A stretch of DNA of 63,857 nucleotides, the filler included, from Octopus bimaculoides (Eukaryota): the NCBI RefSeq assembly GCF_001194135.2. It is 10 parts of 9 records of this genome, joined end to end, with 100 filler letters (N's around TTAATTAATTAA, not from the genome) between each part and the next. Parts side by side here need not be neighbours in the genome. Positions count along the whole stretch, not along the records: positions 9,942 to 16,107 come from NC_068992.1; positions 16,208 to 19,324 come from NC_068982.1; positions 19,425 to 25,866 come from NC_068993.1; 7 more parts are not named here. The stretch is one strand, 5' to 3'. A program made the position numbers and the translations under genes. The notes under the pieces are model-generated. The model was not told where the DNA came from and searched no databases. It worked only from the letters and a program-made list of their open reading frames with translations. Position 1 is the first letter of the stretch, and each line of letters starts with the position of its first letter. Below, piece by piece: positions 11,425 through 24,800 of the stretch.

Positions 11425-11592
11425 TATTTACATTTGACGGATATTTGTCCTCAACTTGTTTGTTACTAGGGTTCTCATTCCTAAGGCATTTTCGATGTTA
11501 TCATTATTATTATTATTCAGGTTACTGCCTGGAATTGAACTCGGAATCTTGGGGTTAGTATCCCGCGCTCTTAACCACTACACCATAAGCCC
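11425..11592 (-). mobile_element. tRNA-headed SINE (family D)
   Basis: Reverse complement begins gggcttatggtgtagtggttaagagcgcgg (A box)...ccgagttcaattcc (B box), followed by (AAT)n and a short tail. Confidence 0.6.
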
Positions 11593-11659
11593 GTGAAATG
11601 TTAAGATTCAAGACGGAATAATACAACTATACCATTGTATTCACTTAAGGTGTATACTA

Positions 11660-11890
11660 TACGAGGGGGTGCTGATAGATAGATAAATAGATAGAGACTG
11701 AAAATGGAAACGTATCACCAGCATTAAAGCATAAAAATCCTTCTAAACGCTCTGAAATTGTCAGAACACTTGAATTTATCAAGCAAGTTCAACAGAGCAT
11801 TGATTACAATCCCATAAAGTCATACTTAACTGATCCTCACGTATTTTCTGTTAACCAAAGCCAGGAATTTTTTCAGCACGCCGTCGCATA
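11660..11890 (+). mobile_element. Mariner-derived MITE (same family as 3957)
   Basis: TA-cgagggggtgctga left end; right end aaagccaggaattttttcagcacgccgtcg; a (GATA)n insertion interrupts the left TIR. Confidence 0.65.
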
Positions 11891-13689
11891 TAGCTATGTG
11901 TCATTGTTAAATTATTCAGTTTCAGACTATCAAAAGTGACTCATAGGAAATTGTGGAATTTTTCATGATTTTCAAAATAATCTGCATATTGAAATCTGGT
12001 AATTGAATCACGATAAATTGCATTTAATCTACTAAAATATTGATTAATCACACGGAGGAGAGAGAAGGCAGCTTTTGAATAGGATGTGTGTTGTTGTGTG
12101 TGTTAACCCTTTTATCAATGGGACCTCTGAGAATTCGTATTCCAGTAGTGGCTATACTATTTTTAGACAGCAGACATGGTCCGTCTAGTAAGAGAAAGGA
12201 AAATGTTTGCCTGTTACATGAAAACATATCTGGATGCGGATGTGGCTGATTTATCTGGTACTTCTAACAGAAAACGAAGCAACCAAGAAGCTCTGTTTCG
12301 AACGTTACATTGATAAATGTATTAAATGTTCAGAAAATAAAATACTCATTTTTTGGCATCGTCTAACTGGATATATATATNNNNNNNNNNNNNNNNNNNN
12401 NNNNNNNNNNNNNNNNNNNNNNNNNNNNNNNNNNNNNNNNNNNNNNNNNNNNNNNNNNNNNNNNNNNNNNNNNNNNNNNNNNNNNNNNNNNNNNNNNNNN
12501 NNNNNNNNNNNNNNNNNNNNNNNNNNNNNNNNNNNNNNNNNNNNNNNNNNNNNNNNNNNNNNNNNNNNNNNNNNNNNNNNNNNNNNNNNNNNNNNNNNNN
12601 NNNNNNNNNNNNNNNNNNNNNNNNNNNNNNNNNNNNNNNNNNNNNNNNNNNNNNNNNNNNNNNNNNNNNNNNNNNNNNNNNNNNNNNNNNNNNNNNNNNN
12701 NNNNNNNNNNNNNNNNNNNNNNNNNNNNNNNNNNNNNNNNAGACTGCCATAAGGGTATAAATTAGTATTTACATCAATTAACATTTTAAGTTGTTTCAAC
12801 CAGCTAATCTTGTTTATTATTTCGTTTTCTGCACACAAGCACACTATCAATAAAGGTCTCACAGATTGATTAGCCCGTTTCGGAATTATTTCGTATTTAT
12901 TATGAAGCTAATGCAGTTGGGAAAATCATGAACGCCTCGCCATCTTGAACATGTAAGCAAGTATGCCCTGTCAAAAAATTAAATTGTAATTACGATAGAA
13001 TGTTAAACCATGCGAGTAGAGAAAAGAAATGGTTTCTGGTTCTAATTTAACTGTTTCATTGCAATAAATAAGTGTTTAGTTTGAAAGTATTTCATGAATA
13101 AACAAGGTTAAATACATGATTGAAAATAACAAACCAAGCGTGAAATGGAACGAAATGATATCCTAGAAACACAAGAAAGATTTTAATTTATTCTCTTCAT
13201 AGCATAGACTGATGTTTCCTTTTGTTTCCGCTAAATAGACACTGACGAATCACAATCATATACATACAAACACGTTTATATACACTCGTTACACACACAC
13301 TCGAATTGAATTACATTGAATATATAACCCTATGTGCTTGTATGCTTGCTTAAATCTGTGCATATATACATTTATTCAGATATAAATACATACATGTATA
13401 AATACATTCCTGTATAAATATATATACATGATCACAGATATACGTACATAATAGACAGATATCGGTGCTCGCTCTACCATAAAAAAAAACAGCTACTGAT
13501 TGCGACACGGAGACTAATGTATAGCTCCACACATTCGAAACAGCAACGTATGAGCATGTGTGTGTACACATATATAGAATATAGTAACCGACTCATACGG
13601 TGACATACGCAGACATATATGAACTCTATAAATATACAGTTGTGAATAGAGAGACGAAAGTATACACCTGCTTACTGAAAGGAATGGTA

Positions 13690-15790
13690 CAATCTGACAT
13701 AGCTCTCACTCGCAGTGATTCAATATTTCAGATGAGCTAAAGTTTCTTCTGTTTAGGCTTATGTGCGTCAGAGTACTAGATTGCCTTTGACATGTTTTAA
13801 GTACCCAAACTTGTTTTCCCAATAGTCTATTTCAAGACAGTTTCTTCTCGATGATATATAGGTTTGGCATAGTGTGAATGAAGGATTCGGGTTTTATTAT
13901 TCTCTGTTTCCAGCCAGAGTTCTGTATCTAGTACTGGTAGTCCATGTTTAGGGTGTTTTGTAGGGTAGTCTATCGTGACCTTAATACTTTGGTGAATGGA
14001 GTTAGCTATTTGCTGGATGCTCCCAATAGTATTAGTTTCTATTTCTATCTCAAGAGTACTCTCTTGTGGGGCTGCCTTTATAACTACGTTGATATCATCC
14101 ACATTGCGAGAGTACATGTTCACGAGTATGGAGTTCTGTGTCAGGCGTTCCTTAAGCCTTCTGTCCCATCATACCAGGAAAAGGTTTGCCACATCAACGG
14201 CTATACTAACACCGATGGCTGCCCCCTCGTTCCGGGCTTATATTTTGTTGTTAAACTTAAACGTGAGGCCTTTTAGAGTAACTCTTATACTAGATCATAA
14301 TGCATATGCAATCATTTTCTTTACTTGATAATCATTTGCAGGGGTTGATATGGCTCTGGTCCATACACCCCATCTCTGTATAGGGTCTTCCTAGCCATAG
14401 AAGTAAATTTGGGTGGTCTACCTCTTAAACGTCTACTGAGGCAGAAACGTCTAAGGTCGTGTTTATCTAGATATTCATAGTCATATATCAGTCTAAGTAG
14501 GAGGCCCAGTTCCTCTGTGTTGACATTGCGGAACTCCACTTCGCTCCTGTTGATCATCTCCACGCACTTCCCTACTGCAAAATCCACGTCGATAGATGGG
14601 TATAGGGATACCACATCCATGCTACCCACTATACATCCTGTCAGGTCGCAGGTGTTGTTACAGTCGTTGATCCTGCTGAGGAGATCTTCTGTGCTTTCAC
14701 AAACATCAGGTGGCATCCGGGTTATGGGGCGCATGATCATTGAGAGGAAGTAGGAAATCCTGTAGTTGCTAGCGATATTCGCTCCACTAACTGGTCTTGT
14801 TGGTGGTCCGGCCACTGGATCAGTTGTTATTTTGTGGTCCTTGCGAAGTCGATATAGTGTCGGGATATCGTTGTTCCAGGCTTGGAAACTGTTGGCTGTG
14901 CGTTTCTGGAGTCCGAGAACAATTGTCCACATCATCATGTGGGCGTCGAGGATCTTTTCTCTCTCCTCATGCGTCCGTAAAGTTGTTACTTTCGCATTGG
15001 TGATGTGAGGTTGCATTGCCTGGATGTAGCTCGGCAAGCTGTCTATTGACATCTTGCCGGTCTTATCTGTGAGAAGGCATACCACCTCTCCGTTCCATGT
15101 GTGCTGCATGAGCTTACGTAGGCCACATGCGAGTATATTCCCGAGTTGTTGGGCCTCTGTCTTATTCTATCTCTGTCTCTTTGTGAATAGTTCTAAAATC
15201 TAAGTTTGGTCCTGGCTATAGTGAATTGTGCTTCCATGTGGTCACTAGTAAGTTTTGGGATGCAGACCCTTTTGTTAAGGGTAATGTTGTCGGGTAAACA
15301 CGGCTCATGTTGTAAGATTTGTCACACATGTTGAAGAACTGAGTGTCCAGGGGTTGGGTTGTTGGCCCTTCTAGGGTTATCTTCCTCATTACCGCTAATA
15401 CTACTACTATTACCGTCGTTTCTGCTACTATCTTCGACCCTACTACTATTAGCACCACTATTGGTACTCACTACTACTACTACTACTACCACTCCTGCTG
15501 CAACTGCTATTACTACCACTACCTCCACCACTATTACTACTACCACTATTACTATCTCTATGGTTATCGCTAGTGATATTCTCGTTGTTTTTGTACCTGG
15601 TGTCGGTGTATGTGTTGTTAGTATTAGTGTTGGTTCTTATGTCTGTCTGTTGCCATCCCCCTGGTTGTGCTTGTTGTTTCTGTTCCTAGCAGCAGTGTTT
15701 TCTTTTGCTCGACTACAACCTGTGTTTTTGGAGTATTTAACGTGGTTTTAGCGCCATTTGCCGTCAATTTTCAGGGTGTGGTGAGGCGTA
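13690..15790 (-). mobile_element. Penelope-like retroelement (PLE), reverse transcriptase region, multiply disrupted
   Basis: Motifs in order on the minus strand: RVCIPK, GEVVCLLTDKTGK, PTLYRLRKDHK, PPTRPV, SMDVVSLYPSI, GAAIGVSIAVDVANLF..WDR, YSRNVDDI (YxDD equivalent), LPVLD, HSHYAKP. Confidence 0.85.
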
Positions 15791-16230
15791 TTCCTTGTTG
15801 TAATAATTTATATAATTATTAATATATATTTTTTTTTAATATTTATCCTCTTGTATTTTTATATATTTATATTTATATTATTTTAGCTCCATTGTCTTAA
15901 ATTTTTAGTATATTTATTCCTTATATTTTTTTTCATTCGACTTCACTCATATTTCCCTTTTAGGTTTTATCACCCTTTTATTCGTGCATATGGGTATAAC
16001 ATATACTATTGAGCTTTACCAGTGGGTGCCATATTATTTTAATATATATTTATATTCTATTTCTTTTATCATTTGGGAATGATATAATGTTCTTTTGACC
16101 AATACCTNNNNNNNNNNNNNNNNNNNNNNNNNNNNNNNNNNNNNNNNNNNNTTAATTAATTAANNNNNNNNNNNNNNNNNNNNNNNNNNNNNNNNNNNNN
16201 NNNNNNNATATATATATATATATATATTGT

Positions 16231-16272
<42 letters not shown>

Positions 16273-17083
16273 TTTGAAACAGAAGTTAGTATATGTGTGT
16301 GCATGCAAGAGTGGCTGAGAGGGAGAGAGAGAGGAGAGAATTCGAGAGAGAGGAGAGAATTAGAGGGAGCGTGAGAAAACAGACAAGGCATTCATTGTAG
16401 AACGAATAAGGGCGCTTTGAGTGAATATAATTCACTGATTATATACATTTACATTTTACACGTGAGCATAACAGCATATATTTTTACCAACACGTTTCAA
16501 TGTAAATGCTTATACATAAGAAAACCTGTTTATAATTACTCAGCATGTGAGGCGTGACATGAGTAATTTTTTTTTTTTGCTTACTAATATTATTAACAGC
16601 TGGACCATAGCTTCTGTGTTCAACAACAGGAACAAGACATACCTTTATAATTCGTGTATTGATGACAAAAAAGAGAAACTAAGACATTCACGAAACACTA
16701 GTTATGAGTCATTTTAAAAGTGGAAATGAAACATAAATCTCTATATAATGTGATTATGTCTCACATGGGCAGTGAATGATGGAATCAGTTGAGCGATAGA
16801 CAAAAATGTCCATTACTGGATTCAGTCACTGGACTGTGGCCATGCTGGTACACCTCCTTCAAGAGTTTTCAGTTAATCATATCGATCTCTGTAGTGGTTT
16901 CAGCCAGGTTCTAATTTAACCTTTATCTCCTTCATCACATGCTAAGATGCGTTGCTTTTATTTACATAAAAGAACGCAACTCGATATACTGGTTTACACC
17001 GGTAAGCATAAAACACGGTCACGGACGTTCACACACACACGCACACACACACACGCACACACACACAAACACACACACAGAAA

Positions 17084-17141
<58 letters not shown>

Positions 17142-17224
17142 NNNNNNNNNNNNNNNNNNNNNNNNNNNNNNNNNNNNNNNNNNNNNNNNNNNNNNNNNNN
17201 NNNNNNNNNNNNNNNNNNNNNNNA

Positions 17225-17295
<71 letters not shown>

Positions 17296-17299
<4 letters not shown>

Positions 17300-17575
17300 T
17301 GTTCAGAGAAAAATTGGATATTAGAGACATCAGTTGTAGTGTACAAGAGAGAAGACTGCGCTGGTATAGTCGTGTGATGCCTATGGGTGAAAGCAACTGC
17401 TTAGAGAAGTACTGGTCCTTAAATGTGGATGGAACTTGTGGAAGAGTGAGAGCAAGGAAGACGTCGGACGAAGTAGTGAAAATCAATGTCAGGTTGTTGA
17501 ACCTCACTAAAATGATAAATGACCGATTTTGACGATATGACCGATGATTGACGATATGTTTTACTCGAGAAGACT
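17296..17575 (+). mobile_element. RTE-clade LINE 3' coding fragment
   Basis: REKLDIRDISCSVQERRLRWYSRVMPM...GRVRARKTSDEVVK matches the RTE C-terminal RLRWxGHVxRM...GRPRKTW region. Confidence 0.75.
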
Positions 17576-18399
17576 CTATTTTCAGTAAAGAAACGAGGTC
17601 CTAAAAGTATATCATTTATGTCCTGTCACTGACCCTACAGTCTGTATCAGTCAACCCTTCTTTACAATTTATCTTTCTAACACCGATCTCGCTATCGCTC
17701 TTCGAACTACGGCAATATTTCCTCCGTTTTAATAATATTATAGCAGAACTGGACATATTTCGTCTCTCCGTGTAGTACACGTTATACTTCTGGGAACCCT
17801 TCTTTTTGTCTCCCATCTTGCTTTTTAAATATCATCCCTTACTACATTTTATTATTCCCTTGAATAAACTCGCATGATAAATACTTCCCGCACTGTTACT
17901 TCCTACATTCACCCCTACGTGTCTCTGACCTCCATCAATGTCACTGTGCAAGCTTTTCTCACTCCACTTCACATGATCTCTTTATATCTCATCTTCCTAC
18001 AATTTTATTATACCGCTGCTCTCCAACCCCTTTTGTACTACCACATATCACCTTCTCCTCTCTGACTCACACCTACTTCCTTAACCTACTCCACCCCAAA
18101 TCGATACTCACCCCTCTTCACCATTCCATTCAATCATCTATTCCCTATCTTTCACTATCTGTCACTCTTCTTTCACACTCTTATGAACTTACTTACGCAT
18201 TCTTTCCGATCTTCTATTCTATTCTCTTTTATATTCACTTTCTTGTACATTGAAGCCTCACCCAGACATCTCATCACCATCCTTTCTCTCTTTCCAGCTG
18301 GGGTAGCCATGTATCTCCCCGGTTCCTACCCCTCTGTCATAATTTTGCCTCCCAACAACTAGTACAATGAAAACTCTCTCAATACCCTCACTCACTTTA

Positions 18400-18612
18400 G
18401 GCGGCTTGTTTTGCATTTTACCTGGTGACTTCACTAGTGCCAATGTCATAAAAAAACTACTATAACCTGTAAAGTAGTTGGCATTAGGTAGGACACCCAG
18501 TCGTAGAAACCGTGCTAAAGTAGACATAAAGCTTGACGCAGCCATCTGACTTGTCGCATCCAATCAAACCGCCCAACCCATTCCAACATGGAAGACAGCT
18601 GTTAAATGATAA
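18400..18612 (+). mobile_element. RTE LINE 3' UTR fragment (decayed)
   Basis: gttggcattaggtaggacacccagtcgtagaaac...aaaccgcccaacccattccaacatggaagacagctgttaaatgat is homologous to the RTE tails at 50983 and 61096. Confidence 0.6.
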
Positions 18613-18954
18613 CATACCTAATGTCATACCGGCCATGATGAAATACCACAAGGTATAGAAAATACGTATTCGCCTTTATATATTTAATCCTTTATGTTGA
18701 ACACTCAATATTTCATCTATTCAATAAGACATATTCCATATATTCAATAAGACATTCAATACTTTATTTCATTGTACCATCCATTTTTATATTATATTAT
18801 ATATTGTATATTCCATATTCTATCTCCAACATTGGTTTTGCAGGAATATAAATAAAACATAAAAAACAGACTGTGTTGGAACTCTTTTAAACAAAATAAT
18901 ATATTCCTCTATACACAATCATACAAAACCCCTTTTTTTGTATTTATTTTTACT

Positions 18955-19040
<86 letters not shown>

Positions 19041-19194
19041 TATTTATATATATCGTCGTCGTCGTCGATGTATATATGTGCACATACATACATACATACA
19101 TACGCAAACACACACACACACACACACATACGAACATACATACATGCAAACACATCCATCCATCCATCCATCTATCCATCCACACATTCATACA

Positions 19195-19228
<34 letters not shown>

Positions 19229-19424
19229 CATATGTGCATGTGCACATATATTCTAAATGAGCATAACACAACGAAGCGAAATATATAAATAAATAAAACG
19301 AATTAAAAGACTCAAATTTATAAANNNNNNNNNNNNNNNNNNNNNNNNNNNNNNNNNNNNNNNNNNNNTTAATTAATTAANNNNNNNNNNNNNNNNNNNN
19401 NNNNNNNNNNNNNNNNNNNNNNNN

Positions 19425-19830
19425 GAGAAAAATGCTTTCTAATTGATGTATCAATACCAGCAGATGACAACGTTTCCCTAAAAGAAATGGAAGAACTTTC
19501 AAAATACAAAGACCTGGGAATAGAGGTAACTCGAATGTGGAATCTAAAAACAGAAACAATTCCTATCATAGTAGGTGCCTTAGGTATAATAAAAAAAATA
19601 CTCAGACAAATACATAACAAAAACACCAGGACTTACAAATATATATAACATACAGAAAATTGCAGTATTGGGCACTGCACACATTCTACGCAAAACACTT
19701 TCAATACAGTAACCATAAGAACATCACAGCAAACCACAGCACATACCCAAAGCGCACAGAGCTGCACTCGCTAGTGAAGTGAAAACACGTTATAAAACTA
19801 AAACTACTGAACAATAATAATAATAATAAC
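19425..19830 (+). mobile_element. R4/Dong-like non-LTR retrotransposon 3' end (restriction-like endonuclease C-terminus, 3' UTR, (AAT)n tail)
   Basis: CFLIDVSIPADDNVSLKEMEELSKYKDLGIEVTRMWNLKTETIPIIVGALG...LGTAHILRKTLSIQ* shows the PD-(D/E)xK-type ID..IP/KY.DL/P.IVGALG motifs. Confidence 0.85.
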
Positions 19831-19834
19831 AACA

Positions 19835-20100
19835 AAAATGGTACATGCACCACCCTGAGACTGTAACTAAGGGAGAAAATGTAATGATTCTTTGGGACTT
19901 TCCAGTACATACAGATCGGACCATCAAAGCTAATAAACCAGATAGTGTTGAGAAAGACCTAAACAATAAAGTTTGTTTATTGATTGACATGAGCATACCT
20001 TGTGATTATAATATCTCGGCAACAGAATTTGCCAAGCTCAGAAAATATTAAGATTTGTTGCTTGAAAGACGGTTACAATACCAGTGATTGTAGGAGCACT
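19835..20100 (+). mobile_element. Second R4/Dong-like REL endonuclease fragment
   Basis: WYMHHPETVTKGENVMILWDFPVHTDRTIKANKPD...LLIDMSIPCDYNISATEFAKLRKY. Confidence 0.8.
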
Positions 20101-20289
20101 TCACTTGGCAAGAAATGGAAACAAAATTGAAAGAAGATACGGCGGAATTTCAAAGGATGAAGGCAAAGCCTTCTCCTGCCAGTCAGATAATTTCTGTTCT
20201 TTTTTCTGGTTTTTAATTTTGTTTGGGCTTTAGGTTTCCCTATGTTTTAGTGTAACTCTAGCAGCTTTTAATAAACTTTCTTCGCTATT

Positions 20290-22650
20290 ATATACATAGG
20301 AGTCTATATCTACTATATGAGTAACGCTTTCCTTTTTGATTTGCATAATCTACATTGGGAATCTATTTGGCTTTTGTCTATCTTGGCTTTTCTACAAGAC
20401 TCCACGCAGTCTTCTACTGATATTAACCCTATTCTACCATCCTTTCTAGGTAGGTATAATCGTGGTACTCTTGCCCTTGGGTGGAATCCTCCAGTCATAT
20501 TGAATCCCTTCCTAGTTCTTCTGTCTAGCTTTGCTAGTTCAGTTTTTGTTCAATCTACAAAAGCTGCTGAGTATCTAAGTAGTGAAACTACCCAAGTATT
20601 TACAGCCTTCACTATATTCGGACCACTTAGCTTTGATTTCATTAGCGTCCTTACCCTTCTGATGTACTCCTCAATTTTCGTTTAGATTCTAATACCACGT
20701 TATATATTTCTCTCATTTCAGTGATCTTAATGTGTGGCTATCTGGTAGTTGGATGCCTTCGCTGTTGACTACCTTTCCCCTTCTCATGTCTAATATTACA
20801 CACTTATCTATGTTAAAATTCCATGCCTATATCTTCACTGAAAAGTCTTACAGTCTGTATTAAGGAATCTATCTCTTTTTCATTCTTACTAAAAAGCTTC
20901 AGTTCATCCATGTAGAACAAATGGTTAATTTTTTCCCTTGCTATTTCTGAACTGATGCCCTGCCTTTGCCTTCTTTAATACTAAACTGAGGGGGATCAAC
21001 GAGTCCCCATAGAAAATTCCTCTTTTGATATTAACTTTCCCTGAGACTGTGTTACCTAAGTAGAGATCTACTTTCTATTTCTTCATGCTAAAACTAATTA
21101 ATTCTATTATAACATAATTCTATTATGTTGTCTGCTATACTGAATATACTCAGACATTTATTTATCCATGAGTGTGGGATCATGTCATAGGCTTTCCTAT
21201 AATTCATTCTTAGATTTTTCTTTCTAGCTTTTACTTCATTTAGAGCTGCTTTGTCTATGTATAATAGATCATGCGTTCCTCTAGTCTTCTTCCTACAACC
21301 CTTTTGCTCTTCTGGCAGTAAATTCTGGTTGTTAAGGTGTTCGTAAATGCTTTCTGAAGGCATTCCTGTTAACAGTTTCCACACTAATGGTAAAGAAGTG
21401 ATTGGTCTATAGTTGCTAGCTGTATTACCCTTGCATAAATATTGTCCTCCGTCAATATTGTCCCCCATCTAGTCATTCAATCTGGTGTCATTCCTCTATT
21501 AACACAGCCTCCCATGTAAACTACTAAATTGCTTTAGCCAGTACTCTTGAACTAAATATGGTCCTGGGTCCTCCCAATTCGGCATTTCTCCTAACACTTT
21601 ACTCATTAAGGCACTAATCTTAGATCTGGCTGCTTCTCGCTCATTACTTCTTCCATCACTTCCCTTAACCATACTGCATTTCCATTATAATTGACTGGCT
21701 TATCCCAAATATTACTGCAGAACTTTCTAGCTTTTTCTGCATTAGGTTTCTCATTTTCAGTACTTCGTTTCCCTCTATTTATTTGGTTATAAAATCTCCT
21801 CTGGTCTGTCTCAAATAATCTATTCTGTTGATTCTGATCTATTCTTTTCTGATATCTGGAAAGCCTGCCTGCTACTGCTATGATACGCTGTTTCAACTCT
21901 TCTATTACTGTCCAAAACCCTTTCTCTTTGACAAAGTATCTTTTCTCGAGGGAAGATTTACATCTTGTGTTTCCCAACTTGTTCAGTTTCCAGGTTTCTA
22001 GTCTACTCAGATCTTGTCGTAAAGTCTTCACTTTATTTTGTAGTCTCCTTTTCCACATTTGCTCTTTTTTAATCTTTCTCTGTGAGATATCTAATCTTCT
22101 GGCGATTACTACCCCTCCTGCATAGATCAATAAGTTAGTATCTCCTATATTTTTACTGATAACAGAATCTACTTTCTTAGTCATATCTAATAGCTTCCTT
22201 TTGTTGACGCCTTGAAATTCTAGCAATCTTTTTCTTACTTCTTTACTCATTAATTCCTGCAGCTCATCTAAAATCATCTGATCTTCCTCACTTAAATCAC
22301 TTAAATCGCTGGTACCAGTTGTCCCTTCCTTATTGGTAGCGCTATTATTATTTTTTCTGGTAGATTCTTCTTTGGTTTGAGCTGTGTCTCTTATATTGTT
22401 GCTTGTCTTCTCCACTGCCTGGTCTTTCTTTTCCAGTTCTCTTGCGATCTCTTCTGCCTCCAATTCTGTCATCCACTTTCTCCTAATAGCATTAGCTTGA
22501 TCAACTAATCTCTGTTTAGAAACTTTAAACATCCTTCTGTACCCAAAGTGTTAACATACTTTTTTAATGGCCCCTTTTTTAGGTTCACTTTCTAAGTAAC
22601 ACTGCATCACTATCCTGTTTTCTTCGCTGGTCCACTTCCTCCTCCTAATA
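20290..22650 (-). mobile_element. R4/Dong-like LINE: N-terminal domain, RT and zinc knuckle, disrupted
   Basis: RRKWTSEENRIVMQCY N-terminus; NYRPITSLPLVWKLLTG; EEQKGCRK; YRKAYDMIPHSW; RGIFYGDSL; HLFYMDELKLF; RLYLPRKDGRIGLISVEDC; CRLCK. Several deletions and frameshifts. Confidence 0.9.
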
Positions 22651-23449
22651 GATTATTTGCCGATGCTGTATTAGGATAACAATAGTCTGCATGTTTACTG
22701 AACCATTGCTTATCGAGAGGCCTTCCCTTAATGGTCCAGCTGCATTTTCACTATTACAACCAGAGATTCTTCGAGAACTCCTCGCTCTCATAAACTGAGG
22801 TAAGGTAACGTTCGTCACCATCGTCATCACCACCATTATTTTTCGACATCTGAAAGTTTCAAGCAACTTTCTATTGCATCATTTATTACACCTTTATGCT
22901 GGTGGGGCGGTGTGTGCTGCATTTTTTCTACTTTTTTTAACTGAACACCACCTATGGACATGTGTTGATGTTTCTTTCGTAGTAATAACCATAATTATAA
23001 TTATTATTGATGTATCATCAATCTACTATTTCATAGTATTTATGTTTATCGGTCCGCCGTTCTTTCTCTTTTGATTGGTTTTGTTATGTTATGGGTTCCG
23101 TTTTTACAGCGTTTACTTTTTTTAACTGAACACTGCCCATGGACATTGATGTTTCTTTCGTAGTTATAATTATAATTATAATTACTAGCTGGACCCTTGA
23201 AAAATTCACGGAAAATATAAAAAACGTAAGCATCTGTAAATTGTGTGCTGGTGCCATGGGAAACGTTTCTATATTTTGACAGTTACAGAATATAGAAAGA
23301 CGTGTAAAACCGATAATTATATAGTCCAACCAAAATATCTCAGTTACGCAAACGTAAACAGAATTACTGTTTAGCCTTAAAATACATCGTACATATTCAG
23401 AGAACCCTCTTGGTTTAGTGGTACGGAACGTTCTTCTGGTATTCTTTTA

Positions 23450-23883
23450 TTCTTTTACTTGTTTCAGTCATTTGCCAGTGGTCATGCTTGAGCAGCGCAC
23501 TTTAGTCGAAGAAATCGACCACTGAACGTATTCTCTGTAACCCTGGTGCTTATTCAATCAGTCTCTTTTGCCAAACAGCTAAGTTACAAGGATACAAACA
23601 CACCAACATCCGTTGTCAAACTATGGTTGCGGTTGTGGTGGGACAAACACAGACATAAACACACACATAAAAATATTATATATAACCTCATGTAACCTCG
23701 TGGGCATCGGTACCATTTTCCTCTTTCTCCGTTCTTCCATTCTCCGAACTTTCCATCTTTCCGACGAAGGGCTACGCCCGAAACGTCATACACTCTCTCT
23801 TTCCTTTCCTGAGCGTCCAATAATACTATCCATATCACGTCCTCACTTTGTTGTTTTTTTGTTTTTTTGTTATTGTTTTTTTG

Positions 23884-23928
<45 letters not shown>

Positions 23929-23995
23929 AGGCTTCTTTCAGTTTCCGTCTACCAAATTCACTCATGAGGCTTTGGTCGGCCCGAAGCTATAGTAG
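23450..23995 (-). mobile_element. CORE-type SINE family A interrupted by a ~200-bp insert in its central (TA)n
   Basis: SINE 3' half at 23450-23680 and 5' half at 23925-23995 flank the foreign segment 23685-23886. Confidence 0.75.
23761..23787 (+). ncRNA. Minimal type-I hammerhead ribozyme motif (PLE/retrozyme type)
   Basis: CCGACGA-A-GGGC-TAC-GCCC-GAAA-C-GTC: core with U4C, 4-bp stem II, palindromic ACGT stem III, GUC cleavage triplet; stem I is weak. Confidence 0.6.
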
Positions 23996-24504
23996 ATGAC
24001 ACTCTTTAAAGTATGGAGTTGAATTTCGTGTAGCCACTTGTTGTTTACTTTTCTCCCCTACCTATTTTGTAGGGGGTATTACCCATTTCTCTAGGCTCTT
24101 TACACAGCTGTATCCCGTTCGAAATTTGCATTAGTTTTTGTATGAAAAGAAAAACAGAAAGGGAGGTGGGCTTGTTTGTAGTTTGTAGAGAAAACGTTAA
24201 ACGTGCCTGAAGAAATAAACATGGTCTTTCCCCCCAACTAAAATACATGAAGAACAATGAAAGAAGGCGAATAAATACCGAGGATGGGGGAAAGAAGAGA
24301 GAACTAACAGTCGATTGTTCTAGAACTCCCAGAATAAAAACGTAAACACCCGAAAGACTTTCCTTCTATTCATTACTAAATGTCTATCCCTCTTTTTCAT
24401 TGTTAAAAGAAGCTAGAGAAGATCGATCGTATTGTAAATGATCGAGGCTTTTCTTTCTCTGTCTCTATTGCTTCATTCCTTTTCTCTACGGTTAAGAGAG
24501 TGAA

Positions 24505-24800
24505 GGTGCGTGGCTCAGTGGTTAGGGGTATTTGGCCCACGATTGTAAAGTTGTGAGTACGATTCCCTGCGGCGCGCTGTGTTTTTGAGCAAGGTACTCT
24601 ACTTCACTTTGCTGCAGTCCACTCAGCTGGCAAAAATGAGTTGTAGCTGTAATTCAAAGGGGCCAGCCATGTCACATTCTGTGAATTAGTTAATGGTATG
24701 CATGTCTGTGGAGTACTCAGCCATTTGCGCGTTAATTTTACGAGCAAACTGTTCATTGATCAGATAAACAGGAACCCATAGTGACCCTAACGACTAAAAA
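24505..24800 (+). mobile_element. tRNA-derived SINE family C (near full length), with a partial second copy at 24860-25015
   Basis: A box ggtgcgtggctcagtggttagg, B-box-like gtgagtacgattccc, CORE-like gtgtttttgagcaaggtact; the gctccagtccactcagctggc..aatgagt block is repeated at 24860. Confidence 0.7.

Noticed and set aside
12079-12249. Frame ending ..VAILFLDSRHGPSSKRKENVCLLHENISGCGCG*, reminiscent of a TGF-beta C-terminus
   Set aside because: No upstream CC motif, wrong LxLD-to-CGC spacing (22 versus ~17 residues), no Met or convincing acceptor in frame.
23183-23325. actagctggacccttg...tatatagt as a minus-strand mini-Helitron
   Set aside because: CTAG is present, but there is no convincing subterminal hairpin and no TC 5' end.
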